From an uncultured Elusimicrobiales bacterium (GTDB lineage Bacteria > Elusimicrobiota > Elusimicrobia > Elusimicrobiales > Elusimicrobiaceae), in assembly GCA_944324695.1 (NCBI GenBank), contig CALUXH010000015.1, forward strand, positions 1 through 46,559: a stretch of 46,559 bases of DNA, written 5' to 3'. Each line of letters begins with the position of its first letter. Position 1 is the stretch's first letter. Below, in pieces: positions 39,198 to 46,559 of this stretch. Made by a program: the position numbers and the translations under genes. A model generated the notes under the pieces. The model was not told the origin of the DNA. It worked only from the letters and a program-made list of their open reading frames with translations, and ran no database searches.

Positions 39198-40300
39198 GCG
39201 GGCTGTATATCCATATCCCGTTTTGCCGGCAGAAATGCCGTTATTGTGATTTCGCCTCTTTTGCGGGCGCGGAAGATTTGATAGACGAATATCTGGCCGT
39301 GCTGGAAAAAGAGGCTTCTTTGTGTCCTTCTTTTGCCGCGGACACCCTGTATATCGGCGGCGGTACGCCGAGCTTGCTTTCGGCGGCTCAGCTGGAAAAA
39401 CTCTGCGGTCTGATTGCGCGGCGGTTTGCAGCGCTTGGCAGATTTCAGGAAAGCACGCTGGAAGCCAATCCTGAAAGCCTGACAAAAGAAAAACTGCGCC
39501 TGCTTAAAGAAGCGGGATTAAACCGTTTAAGTTTAGGCTTGCAAAGTTTTGACGACGATATTTTAAAGCGTATCGGCCGCGTGCATGACGTGAAAACTTT
39601 TTTATCCGCTTACGGGGCCGCGCGTGAGGCGGGTTTTAACAATATCAGCGTGGATTTGATAGCAGGTCTGCCAGGCCAGACGGAAAGGATGTTTTCAGAA
39701 GGTCTAAAAAAGCTGGCGGCTCTTAAACCGGAGCATATTTCCGTATACGGCCTGCAGGTGGAAGAAGGAACGCCGTTTTACAAAGGAGGAGTGCAGGCCG
39801 ATGAGGATTTGCTGCGCGCGGAGCTGGAAGAAACACATCGGTTTTTGCAGTCGGCCGGATATGTGCATTATGAGATTTCCAATTTCGCCCTGCCCGGCCG
39901 AGAAAGCCGCCATAATATCAATTACTGGCAAAACGGAGAATACCTGGGCCTGGGCAGCGCCGCCGCATCGTATCTAAACGGCGAGCGGCGCAGTAATGTG
40001 CCTGACGTGCGGGAATACTTGCGCCGTATCGGCGCGGGGGAAAATCCGGTGGAATTTGCCGAACGCCTTACGGGCAAGGCCAAAGAAGGGGAAGCGGTTA
40101 TGCTGGGGTTGCGTATGCTGGGCGGCGTGCGGCTTTCTGACGCACAAAAACGGCTTTTTGCAGGGGAAATACAGGACTTGGTCCGGCGCGGGCTTGTGGA
40201 GCAAAACGGGGATTTCATAAAATTAACTTTTGAAGGAATTTTCCTGGCCAACCAGGCTTTTATGGCTTTTGTCGGGCCGTTTGAGGAAGCATGCACTTAA
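39194..40300 (+). CDS. hemW: Radical SAM heme chaperone (HemN-like)
   Basis: [34 protein letters not shown]. Confidence 0.92.
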   Translation: MSGLYIHIPFCRQKCRYCDFASFAGAEDLIDEYLAVLEKEASLCPSFAADTLYIGGGTPSLLSAAQLEKLCGLIARRFAALGRFQESTLEANPESLTKEKLRLLKEAGLNRLSLGLQSFDDDILKRIGRVHDVKTFLSAYGAAREAGFNNISVDLIAGLPGQTERMFSEGLKKLAALKPEHISVYGLQVEEGTPFYKGGVQADEDLLRAELEETHRFLQSAGYVHYEISNFALPGRESRHNINYWQNGEYLGLGSAAASYLNGERRSNVPDVREYLRRIGAGENPVEFAERLTGKAKEGEAVMLGLRMLGGVRLSDAQKRLFAGEIQDLVRRGLVEQNGDFIKLTFEGIFLANQAFMAFVGPFEEACT

Positions 40301-41010
40301 CCGCCTACCGTACCGCCGTTTTTAAAGAAGCAGAAGATCTGCCGTCTTTTATCCGCCGTTATATACCCGTGTTGAAAGAGGGAGATATTTTGGTGGTGTC
40401 TTCCAAACTGGTGTGTTTGTGGAAAGGGCTGTCCGTGCCGTATAAGAGCCGCAAACAAAAAGAAACGCTTATCCGGCGCGAGAGTGACGCTTTCCTGAAA
40501 ACCAAACTGGCGTGGCTGACCGTTAAAAGCGGTATGGTGATGACTAATGCCGGGATAGACGAGTCCAACGCCAATGGCAAACTGCTTTTGCTGCCGCGCG
40601 ATTTATATGCCTGTGCGGCGCAAATTCGCCGCGCGCTGTGCAAGGCTTACGGACTGAAAAAGTTGGGTGTCATTATTACCGACAGTATGATTTTGCCCCT
40701 GCGTGCCGGCGTCATCGGCGCAGCGGCGGCATATGCGGGCTTTAAAGGCGTGCGCGACGAGCGCGGCAAGAAAGACATTTTCGGCAAAAAACTGGAAATG
40801 ACGTTTGTGAATTTGGCCGACGCTCTGGCCGCGGCGGCGGCGGTAAATATGGGAGAGCGCAACGAGCGCAAACCGCTCTGCCGCATAGAAGGCGCGCCGG
40901 TAAAATTTGTTTCCAAAACAAACGCGGCGGAAATTAGCTATCCGCCCGAGCAGGATTTATACGCGCCGCTTTTGAAAGCGGGCGGACTAACACAAAGGAG
41001 AAAGAAATGA
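40291..41010 (+). CDS. Coenzyme F420-0:L-glutamate ligase (CofE)-like protein
   Basis: GDILVVSSK, NAGIDESNA, GVIITDS, GEx5P motifs. Confidence 0.85.
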   Translation: MHLTAYRTAVFKEAEDLPSFIRRYIPVLKEGDILVVSSKLVCLWKGLSVPYKSRKQKETLIRRESDAFLKTKLAWLTVKSGMVMTNAGIDESNANGKLLLLPRDLYACAAQIRRALCKAYGLKKLGVIITDSMILPLRAGVIGAAAAYAGFKGVRDERGKKDIFGKKLEMTFVNLADALAAAAAVNMGERNERKPLCRIEGAPVKFVSKTNAAEISYPPEQDLYAPLLKAGGLTQRRKK

Positions 41011-41474
41011 TTAAAAACATAGCCAGCGAATTTAAACAATTCGTCATGCGCGGAAACGTCATAGATATGGCCGTCGGTATCATTATCGGCGGTGCGTTTA
41101 CGAAAATCGTCAATTCCATGGTGGCCGATATTTTAATGCCGCCGCTGGGGTTGTTGATGGGCCAGGTGGACTTTTCCAACTGGTTTGTGGTGATTAAAGA
41201 AGGCGCGGAAGCCGCCGGTCCGTACACCACGCTGGCCGCCGCGCAGGCCGCCGGAGCAACGACGCTGAACATCGGCAATTTGCTCAATGCGGTCATCAGC
41301 TTTCTGATTGTGGCTTTCTGTATTTTCATTCTGATTAAAGGGATTAACAAATTAAACCGCAAGAAAGAAGAAGCCGCCCCCGCGCCGACCACCAAGGAGT
41401 GCCCGCACTGCTTCAGCACCATTGACCTGCGCGCCACCAAATGCCCCAACTGCACGGCGGATTTGAGCAAATAA
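41007..41474 (+). CDS. mscL: Large-conductance mechanosensitive channel with C-terminal zinc ribbon
   Basis: EFKQFVMRGNVIDMAVGIIIG; C-terminal CPHC..CPNC; aaggag RBS. Confidence 0.96.
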   Translation: MIKNIASEFKQFVMRGNVIDMAVGIIIGGAFTKIVNSMVADILMPPLGLLMGQVDFSNWFVVIKEGAEAAGPYTTLAAAQAAGATTLNIGNLLNAVISFLIVAFCIFILIKGINKLNRKKEEAAPAPTTKECPHCFSTIDLRATKCPNCTADLSK

Positions 41475-41493
41475 ATCCGGGACTTTTATCCAA

Positions 41494-41602
41494 ACGGAGC
41501 GGAACGGTTTGTTCCGCTCCGTCTTTTTATCAGCGCAGCCGGAATATTCCGGCTTTAGTAAGGTTTTTATTATATGCAGAACCCCCCGGCATGGCCGGGG
41601 GG
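41494..41602. terminator. Cluster of hairpins/terminators between convergent mscL and glgC
   Basis: acggagcggaac/gttccgctccgt+cttttt (41494-41528); agccggaatattccggct palindrome (41537-41554); ccccccggc/gccgggggg (41582-41602). Confidence 0.8.
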
Positions 41603-41648
41603 ATATATATCTTTTATGTGCCGCCCGAGTGTAAACCCGGGGTTGGGT

Positions 41649-42860
41649 TTATAAGAATTTATTTTTTCCGCGCGGGATTACCACAATGCCCGAAGGGTCG
41701 ATATAGTAACGCTGGGCGTCTGCTTCCTGGTCCAAGCCGATGGTCTGCCTGGCCGGGATGACGTTAAAGCGGTCAATGATTACTTTTTTCAATTTGGCGC
41801 CCGCTTTAATTTCGCAGTTGTCCATAACCACACAGCCGTCCAGCTCTGCTCCTTCGTGCACGACCACGCTGCTGGACAGCACGCAGTTTTTGACTTTGGC
41901 CTTGGGATGGATGATGCATCCGTTGCTGATCATGCTGTTGGTCACCGTGCCGCCCAAGTATTTGGTGGGAGGAACGCGGTATGCGGTAGTGTTGATGGGC
42001 CAGTCCGGGTTATCCAAATCCAGCTTGGGCTTGGGGCCCAGTAAATCCATATTGGTCTGCCAGAAAGATTCTATGGTGCCCACATCGCGCCAGTAACCCT
42101 GTTCTTCATACGGCTTGGCCCCAGGGAGCACTTGGCTTTGGAAGTCATAGGCAAAAGTGCGGTGATCAGTCAGAATTTTGGGCAGGATGTGCTTGCCGAA
42201 GTCCAGCGCCGGCACGTCGCAAAAACGTTTTTGCAGCACCTGCAGCAGCACATCCGTGTTAAAAATATAATTGCCCATGGATGCAAATGCCGCTTTGGGG
42301 TTGCCGGGGATATGTTTGGGTTTTTGCGGTTTTTCGTCAAACTGGATGATGCGGTGATTGTCGTCCGTGGCCAGGATGCCGAAAGAAGAAGCGTCTTTGA
42401 TGCTGACGGTGTTGGCCGCCACGGTAACGTCCGCTTTGTTTTTCAGGTGGAAATCAATCATTTGCCGCACGTCCATGCGGTAAATGTGGTCCGCGCCGAA
42501 TACGGCCACCAAATCCGGTTCAAAATCCCGCACCAGGTTGATGTTCTGGCGCACCGAGTCGGCCGTACCGCGGTACCAAATTTCCCCCAGGCGCATCTGC
42601 GGCGGGACGCAAGTCAAAAAGTGGTCCGGTATCAACCCTTCCGTACGCCACGCCGTGCGCAGGTATTCAATCAGACTCTGAGACAAATACTGTACAAGCA
42701 CATAGGAAGCAAATATCCCGGAGTTGACGAAGTTGGACAGCACAAAATCCACGATGCGGTATTTGCCGCCGAACGGCACCGAGGGTTTGGAGCGGTCCTT
42801 GGTCAGCGGATAGAGGCGTTCTCCTTTGCCGCCGGCCATAATCATGCCTAATACGCGCAT
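41649..42860 (-). CDS. glgC: Glucose-1-phosphate adenylyltransferase
   Basis: MAGGKGERLYPLT..KPSVPFGG, GTAD, DHIY, FDEKP, ASMGNYIF, YWRDVGT. Confidence 0.96.
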   Translation of the reverse strand: MRVLGMIMAGGKGERLYPLTKDRSKPSVPFGGKYRIVDFVLSNFVNSGIFASYVLVQYLSQSLIEYLRTAWRTEGLIPDHFLTCVPPQMRLGEIWYRGTADSVRQNINLVRDFEPDLVAVFGADHIYRMDVRQMIDFHLKNKADVTVAANTVSIKDASSFGILATDDNHRIIQFDEKPQKPKHIPGNPKAAFASMGNYIFNTDVLLQVLQKRFCDVPALDFGKHILPKILTDHRTFAYDFQSQVLPGAKPYEEQGYWRDVGTIESFWQTNMDLLGPKPKLDLDNPDWPINTTAYRVPPTKYLGGTVTNSMISNGCIIHPKAKVKNCVLSSSVVVHEGAELDGCVVMDNCEIKAGAKLKKVIIDRFNVIPARQTIGLDQEADAQRYYIDPSGIVVIPRGKNKFL

Positions 42861-42884
42861 AGGTGTTCAACTCTCCCTATTTTG

Positions 42885-43574
42885 TTAAGCCGCGCCCAGG
42901 GGCAGCTCTTTGTTTAAGGCTTCAAAGGCTTCCCAGGACCACGGCATTTTTTCTTTGAAAATCTGGGCAATGGCGTCTGCATAGACGCGTATTTCATACT
43001 GGGCGTGTCCGTCCGTGCGCAGCTGCAGGAAATTTAACAGACTTCTGGCGTTGACGCTCCAGTAAAATTGCGTGTACTGGCACACCGGCAGCACGCCGCG
43101 CGCCATTTCGCGCGCTACGCCGGAGGCAATCAGTTTGTTATATACGGCAAAAGAAGCTTCCACGCTGTCTTCATACAATTTGCGCAGGGCTTTGTCATCC
43201 AGCTGGGCTTCCACGGAGCCCTGGCGATTTTTAAAATCCTGCCCGCGGAAATGCGACGGGATATAAAATTCGTCTTTTACCTGCGTATAGCGCGCGCTGA
43301 TTTCGTTAAAAGATCCCCAGCGGTGGCGCATCCACTGCCGCGCCACATAAATGGGGCAGCAAACGTGAAACTGGAAATAGCAGTGTTCAAAGGGGGTGTG
43401 GTGTTTGTGCTGCAGCAGGTATTTAATCAGGCCTTTGTCTTTTTCTTCGCCTTTGGTGGTGGCGCCGAAAGACACGCGGGCGGAACTGACTACGCGGTTA
43501 TCCCCTCCCATAAAATCCACCAGCCGGATAAAACCTTTGTCCAACAAATGAATGGTGTTGTTATCGTTTTCCAC
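42885..43574 (-). CDS. thyX: Flavin-dependent thymidylate synthase
   Basis: RHRWGSFNEISARY (RHRx7S), HHTPFEH, HAQYEIR; probable GTG start behind tggaga RBS. Confidence 0.96.
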   Translation of the reverse strand: MENDNNTIHLLDKGFIRLVDFMGGDNRVVSSARVSFGATTKGEEKDKGLIKYLLQHKHHTPFEHCYFQFHVCCPIYVARQWMRHRWGSFNEISARYTQVKDEFYIPSHFRGQDFKNRQGSVEAQLDDKALRKLYEDSVEASFAVYNKLIASGVAREMARGVLPVCQYTQFYWSVNARSLLNFLQLRTDGHAQYEIRVYADAIAQIFKEKMPWSWEAFEALNKELPLGAA

Positions 43575-43608
43575 GGTGTTTCTCCACAAAGGGCCCACGG
43601 CCCGAAAT

Positions 43609-44943
43609 TTAACGGAAAATTTCCGTCAGTACGGTTTGTCCGCCGGACACTACCTGCGGGGCCAGTATGCCGCGCGCGGTGCAGTTGGTGTCATACAGGA
43701 AGCCGTTTAATTCCAGGGTTTCCCGCACGTCCAGCGTGCCGTTTTCATACGTCAGGAAATGAATTTTGCTGCTTTTATAAGAACCGAAGCTTTCCGACAA
43801 AATCCCCAATGCCGTTGTATTCTGCACGGCTGCCAGCGTGGCGCGCCCTGCCGGGCCATATGCCTGCACGGAGGGATAAAACGGGATGATGTCCTGCTTA
43901 TATTTTACACGATTTGGAGCCGTTGCGAACAGATTGGGGCTGTCGGCGTATTTTCCGTTGTCCAGGCGCAGGCGCAGCTTGCCGGTGGAGGCGGTGTAAA
44001 CCAGGTTTTCTTTTTCGGCGGTTTGTACGGGATAATAATTTACCCCCGTCAGCCAGCTGCCGCGCGGGTTGAACACGCTTTTGCCGATGGAGAAACGGCC
44101 TTTTTCATAAGTCAGCTCGCGTACGTCTCCGCCTTTGGCCCCGCCGACAAACGGTTTTTGGGCATAGATTTTTTTGTTTTCTCCGCAGCCCAGTTCTTTT
44201 ACAAAATAAGGCAAAGAATCCAGTTCTTTAAATTTATTGTCCGAAACGTCAAAAACCAGCGTGGAAATTTTCTGTCGGCGGCTGTCATATACGGCGGCAA
44301 AAAGCTGGGCCTGCCCCGCACCCGTTACGTCCAATGCCGACAGCGTCAGCGGTTCTTTGCCGGACAGCTTTTTCTCGGCCAGTTGACGCAGAGCGCCGTT
44401 TTCTTCGGTGTATAGAAGCAGGTTTCCTTTCGTATCCAGCGCGGCAATTTCTTCCCCGGGCAGGGCGGACAAATCCGCTTTGACGGCGCTGACGATTTCA
44501 CGCTGCAGCACGGGGTAGGTTTTTATTTTCCGGTTGGATACCAGCGCTTTTGCGGCGGGGGCGGCGTCTGTCGTGGCGGCCGGCACGGAAGAAACGGCGG
44601 CCGTCTGCTGCGCGGCGGTAATGACGGCTTCCTGTCCGGCGGTGTATTGGCCTTTTTCGGGCAGCTGTCCCACGGCGTAGAGGGGTTGCACTTCGATGAT
44701 TTTCCCTTCCGGTGAATAGTGATAAATAAATCCCAAATCTTTGCCCGTTTTAGGGTTGGTCAGTTTTTCCTGTCCGGTAATAATTTTAAAAGTTTCTCCC
44801 ACCGCTACGTTGCGGTTTAATTCGGAAGTGTCCAGGTACACTTTCAGGCCGTCTTGTTTGACGACGGTGACCTGCGCCGCGGCGCAAGGAATAAAGCCGG
44901 CCGCAAAGAGGGCCGCAAGCAGGAGTTTAAAGTTTATTTTCAT
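43609..44943 (-). CDS. Secreted hypothetical protein (FlgT-C-like N-terminal domain plus beta-propeller/VCBS-like region)
   Basis: Start MKINFKLL with signal peptide; LTNPKTGKDLG motif; beta-rich repeats; TATCAT-6nt-ATG promoter. Confidence 0.7.
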   Translation of the reverse strand: MKINFKLLLAALFAAGFIPCAAAQVTVVKQDGLKVYLDTSELNRNVAVGETFKIITGQEKLTNPKTGKDLGFIYHYSPEGKIIEVQPLYAVGQLPEKGQYTAGQEAVITAAQQTAAVSSVPAATTDAAPAAKALVSNRKIKTYPVLQREIVSAVKADLSALPGEEIAALDTKGNLLLYTEENGALRQLAEKKLSGKEPLTLSALDVTGAGQAQLFAAVYDSRRQKISTLVFDVSDNKFKELDSLPYFVKELGCGENKKIYAQKPFVGGAKGGDVRELTYEKGRFSIGKSVFNPRGSWLTGVNYYPVQTAEKENLVYTASTGKLRLRLDNGKYADSPNLFATAPNRVKYKQDIIPFYPSVQAYGPAGRATLAAVQNTTALGILSESFGSYKSSKIHFLTYENGTLDVRETLELNGFLYDTNCTARGILAPQVVSGGQTVLTEIFR

Positions 44944-44980
44944 ATAATAATGATATAGCATTTTTGCCGGAGGCCGACAA

Positions 44981-45364
44981 ATGAAAAATACCTTTGAAGA
45001 CTTAAAGCGAACCATTGCCACGCTGCGCGGGCCGGACGGCTGCCCGTGGGATAAAAAGCAGACGCATGAAAGTTTAATCAAATGCCTGCAAAACGAAAGC
45101 CAGGAACTTATTGACGCCATTCATAATAAAGACGACGAAAATATGAAAGAGGAACTGGGCGATGTATTGCTGCAGGTGCTGATGCACGCGCAGATTGCGC
45201 AGGAAGAAGGTAAATTTACCATAGAGGACGTAATGGCTTATCTGGATGAAAAGTTGCACCGCCGCCACCCGCATGTGTTTGGCGACCACGCCAAGGCCGC
45301 CACGCCCGAAGAAGCCCTGAATTTATGGCGGGAAATGAAACAAAAGGAACGCGCGGGAAAATAG
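44981..45364 (+). CDS. mazG: Single-domain MazG nucleotide pyrophosphohydrolase
   Basis: LRGPDGCPWDKKQTHESL, EELGDVLLQV, RRHPHVF; ggagg RBS. Confidence 0.93.
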   Translation: MKNTFEDLKRTIATLRGPDGCPWDKKQTHESLIKCLQNESQELIDAIHNKDDENMKEELGDVLLQVLMHAQIAQEEGKFTIEDVMAYLDEKLHRRHPHVFGDHAKAATPEEALNLWREMKQKERAGK

Positions 45365-45631
45365 ACGATTTTTGCGGTTTTGCGCACAGAACGCAAGACT
45401 CTCCGTTTTGGCTGCCGCGGCTATCATGAAGATTGTTGTTGGGACCGCGGAAATTTTCCGGCGAAAAAAACGACAAAGCCCGGGTCAAATCTCCGGCCGG
45501 GATGTCAGAAGCGATACTTTATTTTATAAGGGCTTGCCGGTGAAAGGTTTCTGTATCCTGTTTGCCGTAGCATTTGGGGAAGGGTTGTCTTCTGAAGCAT
45601 ATCATGAAATCATTTTAAATTTGTTGTAAAG

Positions 45632-45661
45632 CCTCCGCCTTTATGAAAATAAAAGCGGAGG
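45632..45661. terminator. Hairpin upstream of the second pilin promoter
   Basis: cctccgc-ctttat-gaaa-ataaaa-gcggagg. Confidence 0.55.
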
Positions 45662-45736
45662 AGATAGAGAAAGAAATTTGACATAAAAAAGACAGTTGTT
45701 TTTTGATGGGTTTTTCCTTAAGACAAACGCTGCGCC

Positions 45737-45770
45737 TTGACTCGTTTTTTTTTTTTGATACACTTTTCGC
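45737..45770 (+). promoter_or_regulatory. Pilin promoter with T12 homopolymer in the -35/-10 spacer (putative phase-variable switch)
   Basis: TTGACT(45737-45742), 16-nt spacer with T12 (45745-45756), TACACT(45759-45764), 6 nt, ATT(45771). Confidence 0.75.
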
Positions 45771-46259
45771 ATTAAAAGTGAGAAAAACGCCGCATTTACC
45801 TTAATAGAGTTGTTAGTCGTTGTTTTAATCATCGGCATTTTGGCTGCCGTGGCCGTGCCTCAATATCAAAAGGCCGTGGAAAAAAGCCGTATTGTCCGTT
45901 TGCTGCCGCAGCTGCGTTCTTTAAAGGATCAGCTGGAAGTATATTACATGGCCAACGGAACCTATCCTGCCGATAATGCCATTGACACCACCGGCATAAG
46001 CATCAGCGGGTGTTCATATCTCAGCGACGGGATGTTTGACTGCGGGGACTATGGGTTTGATTATAACGGCTATCCCCCGCATGCAGAGCCTAACGTGGTG
46101 GCCTGCACGGGGAATGCCGCCTGCCAGAATCTTTCCGAAGAGGGGGAGAGCCGCACGAAGCTGAAATGGTATTTGGACCATACATCTGTGCAAAACAAGA
46201 AAGAGTGTGTCAGTAAAATAAGCGGTTTGTGCAATTCTCTGACGGGGACTTGGAATTAA
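45771..46259 (+). CDS. Type IV pilin (PilE-like); no canonical in-frame start upstream of the cleavage site (ATT start or inactivated allele)
   Basis: Frame reads IKSEKNAA|FTLIELLVVVLIIGILAAVAVPQYQKAVEKSR; in-frame TGA at 45756; 6 Cys in the variable domain. Confidence 0.85.
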   Translation: MKSEKNAAFTLIELLVVVLIIGILAAVAVPQYQKAVEKSRIVRLLPQLRSLKDQLEVYYMANGTYPADNAIDTTGISISGCSYLSDGMFDCGDYGFDYNGYPPHAEPNVVACTGNAACQNLSEEGESRTKLKWYLDHTSVQNKKECVSKISGLCNSLTGTWN

Positions 46260-46434
46260 GAGACGGAAATGTTTCTTGATGCCGGCCCGGGATTTTGTTT
46301 TGCTATATTTTATTTTTGCAGTACCGAAAAGAAAAGGAGCAAACAGTAGAAAAAGGGACAAACTGGCCGATGTTTTGGCATCCCCGAAGTATACGCGGCA
46401 TACAATTTAAACAAATTTGTGGTATAATTTTTAT

Positions 46435-46542
46435 ATGCAAGAAATGAACGCTCTTAAACGCAATCTATCTATTATGCATATTTCCTTTATCCTAATTACG
46501 TGGGTAAAGGGTGTTTGCGTTTGCGAGCGTGCGGTATGTTAA
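46435..46542 (+). CDS. 35-aa small ORF, candidate attenuator leader peptide
   Basis: TGgTATAAT-6nt-ATG; MQEMNALKRNLSIMHISFILITWVKGVCVCERAVC*; 11 of 35 residues are Ile/Leu/Val. Confidence 0.5.
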   Translation: MQEMNALKRNLSIMHISFILITWVKGVCVCERAVC

Positions 46543-46559
46543 CAGACTGAATTTTATTT

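Noticed and set aside
41475-41648. Hairpin cluster as ncRNA, REP array or CRISPR
   Set aside because: The hairpins share no sequence with each other, and terminators of convergent genes explain them.
1674-44415. Long antisense or alternate-frame ORFs (e.g. 1674-2729, 4213-5142, 29404-30771, 35167-35940, 43068-43889)
   Set aside because: They are shadow ORFs opposite well-supported genes and have no domain signatures.
45695-45722. Minus-strand KNPSK match to the pilin 1 leader
   Set aside because: Short AT-rich similarity in a different orientation and position; compatible with chance.
31964-46259. DGR, shufflon or pilS-type cassette recombination between the two pilins
   Set aside because: Similarity is limited to the conserved N-terminal helix. 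There is no TR/VR pair, reverse transcriptase, invertase or silent-cassette array in the window.

Overview
Chromosomal window from a diderm bacterium with roughly 50% GC (estimated by eye). The gene content and style (dispersed PilE-like pilins, archaeal-type DnaK motifs, ThyX, Lnt, meso-DAP MurE) suggest a gut Elusimicrobiota; this is an inference, not a database result. From left to right: the 3' end of dnaK, murQ, an AI-2E transporter, then a ~19 kb Wzx/Wzy surface-polysaccharide locus. That locus contains an OM beta-barrel, a priming transferase, an epimerase, an oppositely oriented cassette of GT/Wzy/Wzx genes that becomes strongly AT-rich, and then wzc, a short wza, an O-antigen-ligase-like gene and wzb. 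After it come tRNA-Val(CAC) and mostly housekeeping genes (marC, uvrB, degenerate birA-like, tilS, murE, murD, secA, lnt, prfB, hemW, cofE-like, mscL, glgC, thyX, mazG) with two stand-alone type IV pilin genes. The most striking observation is that both pilin genes, 14 kb apart, share one promoter design: TTGnnT, a 16-nt spacer filled by exactly 12 T, TGa plus a -10 hexamer, 6 nt, then the start codon, with dyad symmetry centred on the start (a perfect 42-bp palindrome in one). This suggests a dispersed, slipped-strand phase-variable pilin repertoire expressed from leaderless mRNAs. Leaderless promoter architecture recurs across the window. A candidate Ile/Leu/Val-rich leader peptide sits at the right edge.
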